A stretch of DNA of 64,000 nucleotides from an uncultured Bacilli bacterium. GTDB lineage: Bacteria; Bacillota_I; Bacilli_A; RF39; UBA660. Where the stretch lies: assembly GCA_947585665.1 (NCBI GenBank), contig CANPXE010000002.1, positions 1,820 through 65,819 of the forward strand, written 5' to 3'. This document shows, in pieces, positions 57,684 through 64,000 of the stretch. A program made the position numbers and the translations under genes. The notes under the pieces are model-generated. The model was not told the origin of the DNA. It saw nothing but the letters and a program-made list of their open reading frames with translations, and searched no databases. The stretch's first letter is position 1. Each line of letters starts with the position of its first letter.

Positions 57684-58112
57684 TTAACGTTTACTGAATT
57701 GTGGAGCACGTCTTGCCTTCTTTAATCCTGGTTTCTTACGTTCTTTGATTCTTGCATCTCTCGTAATGAATCCTTCTGGTTTAAGTAATTTACGGAAAGA
57801 GTTCTCACTATCACTTGCAGTTGTAGAATCGTATTCAAGTAATGCTCTTGCAATTCCTAAACGGATTGCTCCAGTTTGTCCTGAGAAACCTCCACCTTTA
57901 ACTGTTACTTCAACATCGAACATGTCTCTTGTATTAGTAACATCTAATGGTTGAGTTAAGTCAAGAACTAAAGTTTCATAAGGTAAATATTCATTAACAT
58001 CTTTACCATTAACGGTAATTTTTCCACTACCACTAGGTATTAATTTTACTTTTGCAATACTAGTTTTTCTTTTACCTGTACCATAATAGAACTTTTTATT
58101 TGCCATTTCCAT
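57684..58112 (-). CDS. rpsI: 30S ribosomal protein S9
   Basis: YYGTGKRK ... canonical C-terminus [14 protein letters not shown]. The true start is probably the second ATG (MANKK, 58106), 9 nt after the GGGAGG RBS. Confidence 0.9.
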   Translation of the reverse strand: MEMANKKFYYGTGKRKTSIAKVKLIPSGSGKITVNGKDVNEYLPYETLVLDLTQPLDVTNTRDMFDVEVTVKGGGFSGQTGAIRLGIARALLEYDSTTASDSENSFRKLLKPEGFITRDARIKERKKPGLKKARRAPQFSKR

Positions 58113-58120
58113 TTACCTCC

Positions 58121-58552
58121 CTATTTCATTTCCAAAACTTCTGGTTTTTGAGCCATGTGTGGATGTTCACTACCAGCATAAACAAATAATTTCTTATACA
58201 TTTGTCTACCTAGTCTATTGTGAGGTAACATTCCTTTAACTGCTCTTTCAACCATTTCAACTGGATATTGTTCTTGCATTACTTTAGCACTTCTCACTCT
58301 TAATCCTCCTGGATACATTGAGTGATTGTAATACATCTTATCTTCTAACTTATTACCAGTTAGAACAGCTTTTTCAGCATTGATGATAATGATGTAATCA
58401 CCACAATCGATATGTGGCGTATAAGTAGGTTTATGTTTTCCACGCAACATATGGGCAGCCTTAGCAGCAACGCGACCAAGAACTTGTCCTTCAGCATCGA
58501 TAACATACCATTTACGTTCTACTGTTTCTTTCTTTTGCATATAACTATTCAT
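58121..58552 (-). CDS. rplM: 50S ribosomal protein L13
   Basis: [19 protein letters not shown] and [23 protein letters not shown]. Start placed at MNSYMQ with an AAGGAG RBS 6 nt upstream; the ORF track extends to 58594. Confidence 0.9.
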   Translation of the reverse strand: MNSYMQKKETVERKWYVIDAEGQVLGRVAAKAAHMLRGKHKPTYTPHIDCGDYIIIINAEKAVLTGNKLEDKMYYNHSMYPGGLRVRSAKVMQEQYPVEMVERAVKGMLPHNRLGRQMYKKLFVYAGSEHPHMAQKPEVLEMK

Positions 58553-58648
58553 AATCTTTTCTCCTTTTTTACTATCTTTGATTTCCGGAAACAAATCAAA
58601 GTAATGTGGGGATAATTAATGTACCAATTGAGATTATACTAAAAACAC

Positions 58649-58673
58649 CCCTAAAAGTCAACAATTTTAGGAG
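58649..58673 (-). terminator. Putative terminator hairpin after the aminopeptidase gene
   Basis: cctaaaa-gtcaacaa-ttttagg stem with a T-rich flank on the minus strand. Confidence 0.35.
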
Positions 58674-58687
58674 CATTTTTTATTGTA

Positions 58688-59908
58688 TTACCAAGCAAAA
58701 TTGCCATTTTCAAAGATTAGAACTTCTTCACCTTCAACAGTTGTTCCAACAATCTTTAAATCACTCGTTCCAATCATGAAATCAGTATGTTCATTGGAGT
58801 GATTAACACCTACTTCTAAAAGTTCTTCTTCAGTCATATTAACACCATTTTTATAACAAGAAGGAAAACCATTGCCAAGAGCTAAATGACAAGAGGCATT
58901 TTCATCATACAAAGTGTTATAAAATAGTATTTGTGAATTAGATATTGGTGAATCATATTCGACTAAAGCGACTTCTCCAAGCATACATGAACCTTCATCT
59001 AAATTGATTAAGCCATCTAAAACTTCTTTTCCTGTTTCGGAATCAAAATCAACTACTTTTCCCTTTTCAAAACGAATCCAAAAGTTTTCAATTAATGAAC
59101 CATTATAAACAAGAGGCTTTGATGCATAGACAATACCTTCCGTTTTATCTCTTAAAGGGCTAGTAAAAATCTCTTCAGTTGGCATATTGACCATTAGAGA
59201 TCTTCCATCAGGCATTTTTTCATCTGCCCCACACCAAATATGATCAGTACCCAACTCAACTACTAAATCTGTCCCAAGACTATTCGTATAATGTAGTTTT
59301 TGTAAGTGAAGACTGTTTAACTTAGAAGAATTTTCTTTATTTCTTGATACTTTTTCGTCCCATGCAGCAATCGGGTCATCTTTATCAATTTGACAAGCTT
59401 TAAAGATTTCTTCCCATAATCTATCTTTAGAGTCGACAACATCAGGAAAAACTTTTTTAGATGAAATCTCCGTTGAAACAAGAGCAATACACCAAGGAAC
59501 TTCATACTTTCCTTGTTTTTCTTTATATATAGGACGAGTTGTTCTACTTATATAACTACTTTTAGATATCTTTTCTGGATCAATATCATCAAAAACATCA
59601 CTTTCTTCAGCACTTAACATTAAGAATGCTCCATCTTTTTTAGCATATTCATCATATATTTTTTTATTCCAAAATGGACTTTTTTCTAATTCTTCATCAC
59701 TGAAATTTAATAATTGATAACGCTTTAAATAACTATCAGACCAATCAAAATAAATATCTTTAATTCCCATTTCATAAGCTTTTTTAGTAAGAATTCGAAC
59801 AAATTCGTATGATTCAATAGGACTAGTTATCAAAAGAGGTTGTCCTTCTTTTAAATTTAAGCATTTTACTAACAATAAATCAGCATATTTTTCTAACTTT
59901 TCTTCCAT
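58688..59908 (-). CDS. Aminopeptidase, M29 (AmpS/PepS) family
   Basis: 406 aa; N-terminal MEEKLEKYADLLLVKCLNLKEGQPLLITSP and overall M29 thermophilic-metalloprotease-like layout. Confidence 0.7.
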   Translation of the reverse strand: MEEKLEKYADLLLVKCLNLKEGQPLLITSPIESYEFVRILTKKAYEMGIKDIYFDWSDSYLKRYQLLNFSDEELEKSPFWNKKIYDEYAKKDGAFLMLSAEESDVFDDIDPEKISKSSYISRTTRPIYKEKQGKYEVPWCIALVSTEISSKKVFPDVVDSKDRLWEEIFKACQIDKDDPIAAWDEKVSRNKENSSKLNSLHLQKLHYTNSLGTDLVVELGTDHIWCGADEKMPDGRSLMVNMPTEEIFTSPLRDKTEGIVYASKPLVYNGSLIENFWIRFEKGKVVDFDSETGKEVLDGLINLDEGSCMLGEVALVEYDSPISNSQILFYNTLYDENASCHLALGNGFPSCYKNGVNMTEEELLEVGVNHSNEHTDFMIGTSDLKIVGTTVEGEEVLIFENGNFAW

Positions 59909-59970
59909 ATTTCCTCCCTATTCTCATAATTAATATTAACACTATTTTTATATTTATTCAAAAAAAGAAG

Positions 59971-60702
59971 TTAATATGTAACTTCTTCTAAATAAAGACC
60001 TTCACTCTTAGCCGTTGTGACCATCTTTTTATTTTTTTCATCAACCAATATCTCTTTAACAGCACTGACATCAAGTTTACCCTTACCAATTTTTATCAAG
60101 GTACCAACCATATTACGAACTTGATATTTCATAAAGCCATTACCAACAAAGACAAATTTTAAGATATCGCCATCTTTTTCTAAATGAGCATCGTATACTT
60201 CTCTTACATAACTATCTTTAAGACAATCATCGGATACAAAAGAATGAAAATCATGAACACCAATGTAATCTTTAATAGCTCTTTCCATCTTTTGATAGTC
60301 TAACTCATGATTGTACTGATAAATGTAATTACGCATTAAAGGATCATACTCACCAGTATTTAAATAATAGATGTACTTTTTACTTTTAGCCATATAACGT
60401 GAATGAAAGTCATCAGAAACTAACTCTGTATTAATGACATGAATATCATCTGGTAAAAGACTATTTAAAGCACATTTCAACTTGTATAAAGTAATATCAA
60501 CACGCAAATCAAAATGTCCTACTTGCCCCCTCGCATGAACGCCACGATCTGTCCTTCCAGAAGAGTAAATCTTCGTTTCCGTATGATTATTTATATCATA
60601 TAAAGCTTTTTCTAAACAACCTTCAACACTACGTAATCCATCTTGTTTTTGATAACCATGAAAGGCTGTTCCATCATAAGAAAAAGTTATTTTATAACGC
60701 AA
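59971..60702 (-). CDS. truA: tRNA pseudouridine(38-40) synthase TruA
   Basis: MRYKITFSYDGTAFHGYQKQ and the SSGRTDRGVHA catalytic Asp motif. Confidence 0.9.
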   Translation of the reverse strand: MRYKITFSYDGTAFHGYQKQDGLRSVEGCLEKALYDINNHTETKIYSSGRTDRGVHARGQVGHFDLRVDITLYKLKCALNSLLPDDIHVINTELVSDDFHSRYMAKSKKYIYYLNTGEYDPLMRNYIYQYNHELDYQKMERAIKDYIGVHDFHSFVSDDCLKDSYVREVYDAHLEKDGDILKFVFVGNGFMKYQVRNMVGTLIKIGKGKLDVSAVKEILVDEKNKKMVTTAKSEGLYLEEVTY

Positions 60703-60707
60703 CTATA

Positions 60708-61337
60708 TCACCTACCAAAAACAAAAGTAATGACGAAAAGAACTAAACTTACGGCAATATAGAAATTATCATAATTATTCCAAGCAAAAGTTATTCTACC
60801 CTTTTTATGATTGAAATAATGATCATATCTAACACGGTCAACTAAATATAAGTCATCTATTTCTTTCTCAGTTTTTTTAGAAACTTCTTTATCTAAATAC
60901 TTATTATATTTCTTTGTATTAGTAACATATTTATTTATCTTTTGATTGTTTTCAACATTATTATTATATAATTCACGATAATAATATTTCTTTATATAAT
61001 TGCGTAATCTCTTACTACTCTTACTACGATAAAAGAATAAATCATATAAATATCTCTTTTCTAAAGACATGAGACTAGATTCAATTATTAAAGCATAAAT
61101 ACCTACTAGTAAAACTTTTAAAACAATAAAAGTTACTTCATTATAAGTAGATAAATAAGTATAGATAAATAATAAGAGACAGAAAAAGAAATATTTATTA
61201 TCTTTATTGATAAAACTAACTAAGAAAACCATACCACATATCAATAAGAAAATATTATAATTTTTAATAATGACCATAGCGATAATTAATAATACTAAAC
61301 TAACAAACTTACCAAAAAAACTTAAACTCTTATACAT
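60708..61337 (-). CDS. Putative ECF transporter transmembrane (T) component, divergent and short
   Basis: Occupies the ecfT slot of the ecfA1-ecfA2-ecfT-truA-rplM-rpsI block. Only 209 aa, with 3 N-terminal TMs, a Lys/Tyr-rich loop and 1 C-terminal TM, so assignment is by synteny only. Confidence 0.3.
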   Translation of the reverse strand: MYKSLSFFGKFVSLVLLIIAMVIIKNYNIFLLICGMVFLVSFINKDNKYFFFCLLLFIYTYLSTYNEVTFIVLKVLLVGIYALIIESSLMSLEKRYLYDLFFYRSKSSKRLRNYIKKYYYRELYNNNVENNQKINKYVTNTKKYNKYLDKEVSKKTEKEIDDLYLVDRVRYDHYFNHKKGRITFAWNNYDNFYIAVSLVLFVITFVFGR

Positions 61338-62121
61338 GTTTATATATATCCTTTATAATATCTCTTACATCTTTATGAAAAGATAATTTTACTTTCTTAT
61401 TATTCTTAGCTATATAAGTTAGTTTAGTTATATTAGGCATTGGTATCACTTGCTCCTTCATTAATTCCATTGAAGTAAATAATTTTTCACTCGTGCCACT
61501 AATGTAAACACTATTACCATTCAATAAAATTACTTCATCAGTTATATCGTATAAAATATTAGTATCATTACTCGTTACAACAACTATTTTCTTATCTTCT
61601 TTTAAATTATTAATAATCATATTTAATCTTTTCTTACTATTGTGATCTAAACCAGTAAAGACATCTTTAAAAAGAATGATATCTGGTTCATATAATAGAT
61701 TGATGACAACACTAAGAAGGTATTTTTCACTCGTTGATAAAGTATGAATATCACGATTTAAGATATCTTCATCTAAACCAACGAGATCTAACATTTCTTT
61801 TTCTTTTGTTTCTAAGTCTTCCACTTCATAATTACGAATATCTAAATTAAACTTTATTTCATCACTAACTTTATTAGTAAAGAAATTAGGATAAGGTTCA
61901 ATTAAAGCAATCGCCCTTGGATACTCTTTATAAAAAGAACTATCAATAATTAACTTTTCTAGAATGACATAACCATCATAATCAGTAATATCACCATTTA
62001 TGATATCTAACAAATAGTTAGCGTCTTCCCCATAAATTCCTGTAACTCTTCTTCTTGAAAAGCGATAAGAAATGGTATTCAATAAGTTTTTATATTTAAT
62101 ATTTTCTAATACTAATCCCAT
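61330..62121 (-). CDS. ECF transporter EcfA2-like ATPase paralog with degenerate nucleotide-binding motifs
   Basis: ABC fold and position, but Walker A is GIYGEDANYLLDII (no GKS/T), the signature is LSTSEK and Walker B is ILFKDVFTGLD. Confidence 0.55.
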   Translation of the reverse strand: MGLVLENIKYKNLLNTISYRFSRRRVTGIYGEDANYLLDIINGDITDYDGYVILEKLIIDSSFYKEYPRAIALIEPYPNFFTNKVSDEIKFNLDIRNYEVEDLETKEKEMLDLVGLDEDILNRDIHTLSTSEKYLLSVVINLLYEPDIILFKDVFTGLDHNSKKRLNMIINNLKEDKKIVVVTSNDTNILYDITDEVILLNGNSVYISGTSEKLFTSMELMKEQVIPMPNITKLTYIAKNNKKVKLSFHKDVRDIIKDIYKHV

Positions 62122-62939
62122 AAAGCATTCACCATCTCTTCCTCATCTAGAATGACATCATCTAATAAATTATAAAATTTTAGTTTTAATGATATATCCA
62201 TCATTGGTGGAATCTCAAGTCCTAAACGCGTTAAAACATTATCGTGTTCTAAGATATCGTTTAATGTTCCACTATATCTTATGACACCACCTTCAATGAC
62301 TAAAACCGCATCACTATAAATAGTATCCATGAGATTAGAAGAAGTCATTATGACAATGATTCCTTGTTCTTCAATAACTCTTTTGAGAATTAAGAGAATG
62401 CGTTCACGTTCAGTATTATTAAGACCTAATAAAATATCATCTAATAAAAGAACTTGCGGACTATGAATGAGAGCTACAGCAAGAAGAACTTTTACTTTTT
62501 CAACGGCATTCAATTCATTAGTCTTTTTAGAAAGTATATCATCAAGAAATAAAAGAGAACTCATTTCATTGATACGCTTCTTTATCTCTTTTTTACGATA
62601 ATTCAAATTACATAGTGGAAAAGCAATCTCATCAATAACATTTTCAAAAAGAAATTGCTTAAAATCACTACTAAAAATGACCCCAATATTACGAGCATAC
62701 TTTCTAATGTTTTTCTTATTCAAGACAATATCATCAATCATTATTGACTCTTCAACAGGCATAATTCCTGATAAACATTTAATAAGTGTGCTCTTACCAC
62801 AATTATTAGGGCCAATAATCGATATCATAGACGGCATTTTAACCTTAAAACTGATATCCTTCAATACTTCCTTTTCTCCATAAGAGAACTTTAATTTGTC
62901 AACTGTAACTGTACTCATATTACCACCCTTTTGTATCAA
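62112..62939 (-). CDS. ECF transporter energy-coupling ATPase EcfA1
   Basis: Walker A GPNNCGKSTL, Q-loop, C-terminal LTRLGLEIPP typical of EcfA. The signature (LNAVEK) and Walker B (LLLDDIL) are atypical. Confidence 0.65.
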   Translation of the reverse strand: MIQKGGNMSTVTVDKLKFSYGEKEVLKDISFKVKMPSMISIIGPNNCGKSTLIKCLSGIMPVEESIMIDDIVLNKKNIRKYARNIGVIFSSDFKQFLFENVIDEIAFPLCNLNYRKKEIKKRINEMSSLLFLDDILSKKTNELNAVEKVKVLLAVALIHSPQVLLLDDILLGLNNTERERILLILKRVIEEQGIIVIMTSSNLMDTIYSDAVLVIEGGVIRYSGTLNDILEHDNVLTRLGLEIPPMMDISLKLKFYNLLDDVILDEEEMVNALWD

Positions 62940-62950
62940 AAAAGAGAAAT

Positions 62951-63718
62951 CTAACTTTCTCTTTTATTCCTAATTTTTTTACTTTGAATGCGATATGTTA
63001 TGCGAGCTAAAACTTTTGTAGGTACAAATCGCGTGAAGAAAACGGCCACTTTCATTTTTAAACCAGGAATAATAATCAATTTTTTCTTGAACATTTTCTT
63101 AATAGCATAACGACTGACATATTTGCTTGTCAATGGCTTTATCGAAAATGTTACCCCAGCAACTCGATTGAAGTTCGTATCCACTGGTCCAGGGCACAAG
63201 CAAGATACTACAACCTTTGATTTTTCCCTTCTTAATTCTTCATATAACGAAGTAGTTAATCTTAAAACATAAGCTTTGGTGCTGTAATAGGTTGCCATTA
63301 AAGGTCCTGGCTCAAAAGCCGCACTTGAAGCAACATTTAAAATGTAACCACTATTTCTTTTTTTCATATCTTTTAAAAATAATTTAGTTAAAATGTGAAC
63401 AGCGCGGATATTAGTATTAATCATTTCTAATTCACGATTTAAATCAGTTTCCGTAAAATAACCACACATACCAAATCCGGCATTATTAATAAGAACATCA
63501 ATGTTCTCATTCTTACAAAGAACATAAACTTCTTTTAACTTATTTTCGATGGATAAATCAGCAACGATAATTTTGACATTGACTTTAAGATCTTCCTGCA
63601 TCGCTTGTAATTTCTCTTTATCACGCGCAATTAAAATTAAGTCATATCCTAGTTCACTCAAATACTGTGCCATCTCATAACCAATACCTGAAGATGCACC
63701 CGTTATCAATGCTTTCAT
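62951..63718 (-). CDS. Short-chain dehydrogenase/reductase
   Basis: MKALITGASSGIGYEMAQ TGxxxGIG motif, NNAG, YSTKAYV (YxxxK). Confidence 0.75.
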   Translation of the reverse strand: MKALITGASSGIGYEMAQYLSELGYDLILIARDKEKLQAMQEDLKVNVKIIVADLSIENKLKEVYVLCKNENIDVLINNAGFGMCGYFTETDLNRELEMINTNIRAVHILTKLFLKDMKKRNSGYILNVASSAAFEPGPLMATYYSTKAYVLRLTTSLYEELRREKSKVVVSCLCPGPVDTNFNRVAGVTFSIKPLTSKYVSRYAIKKMFKKKLIIIPGLKMKVAVFFTRFVPTKVLARITYRIQSKKIRNKRES

Positions 63719-63778
63719 TCAACCATCTCCAAACTAATTATAACATAGGAAAAACACTTGAAGAAATAATTAATTAAG

Positions 63779-64000
63779 TATTTTTAAAATCTTTTCAAAC
63801 TTTGCTTTATCACTAGAAGTCATCTTACTACTAGATGTACTAGAACTCGTATCAACATTTGGTAATTTCTTATTTTCAGTAATCGTATTATTGGAAATAA
63901 GTTCTAAATAAATACCATCTAAATCAATAGTAAGATCAATATTTGATTTATTATCTTTATAAGAATAATTTATATGACCAATATTTGTTTTAGAGTAATC
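63779..64000 (-). CDS. Partial CDS (C-terminal 73 codons; the start lies beyond the window)
   Basis: Open frame running off the window edge, ending ...KILKILN*; Ser/Thr-rich segment. Confidence 0.25.

Noticed and set aside
57453-57954. Plus-strand ORFs overlapping rpsI and the upstream hypothetical gene
   Set aside because: They are antisense to the highly conserved ribosomal protein S9 gene; spurious.

Overview
This is a low-GC (about 27-28% by eye) Firmicutes-type chromosomal segment, with most genes on the minus strand. The SPKTG sorting signal and the ecfA1-ecfA2-ecfT-truA-rplM-rpsI gene order suggest a Clostridia or Erysipelotrichia-like organism.

The conserved core genes are:
- yidD and the ECF-transporter/truA/rplM/rpsI block, with rplM and rpsI most likely starting at 58552 and 58106 rather than at the ORF-track positions (58594 and 58112)
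- trkA and a trkH/ktrB-type gene
- htrA and an M29 aminopeptidase
- acpS and several SDR oxidoreductases
- a flavin reductase-rubredoxin fusion

Four accessory features stand out:
- **Dlt-like operon (15.5-22.0 kb).** A tightly coupled five-gene operon has a DltA-like adenylating enzyme, a DltC-like carrier, a DltB-like MBOAT and a DltD-like SGNH protein. An Orn/DAP-decarboxylase-family PLP enzyme is inserted between dltA' and dltC'. An APH/choline-kinase-like kinase lies upstream.
- **XRE-ABC fusion (9.9-14.0 kb).** An XRE helix-turn-helix domain is fused to an ABC ATPase. Two tandem paralogous ABC-2 permeases of about 530 aa follow.
- **Duplicated cassette island (about 28.4-45.6 kb).** Two tandem copies of a unit comprise a small XRE regulator, a membrane-anchored XRE sensor, a secreted three-Cys protein of about 250 aa, a small secreted protein, an ABC exporter and a 152-aa protein. 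The units are bounded by a structured repeat of about 290 bp carrying TTGGCACAAA decamers. They have near-identical 5' ends but bodies diverged to 50-55% protein identity. A 5' fragment of the 152-aa gene is fused to one repeat copy as a recombination scar. A 59-bp terminator repeat flanks one secreted-protein gene.
- **Defence-like genes.** A DUF4365-like (PD-(D/E)xK) protein of 582 aa and an Abi_2 abortive-infection gene overlapping htrA are present.

Also present are a vWA surface protein with an SPKTG sorting signal, a sortase-like gene, two homopolymer-frameshifted genes (DUF1810 and a radical SAM gene), a degenerate EcfA2, and several terminators and promoters. No CRISPR array, rRNA or tRNA was detected.
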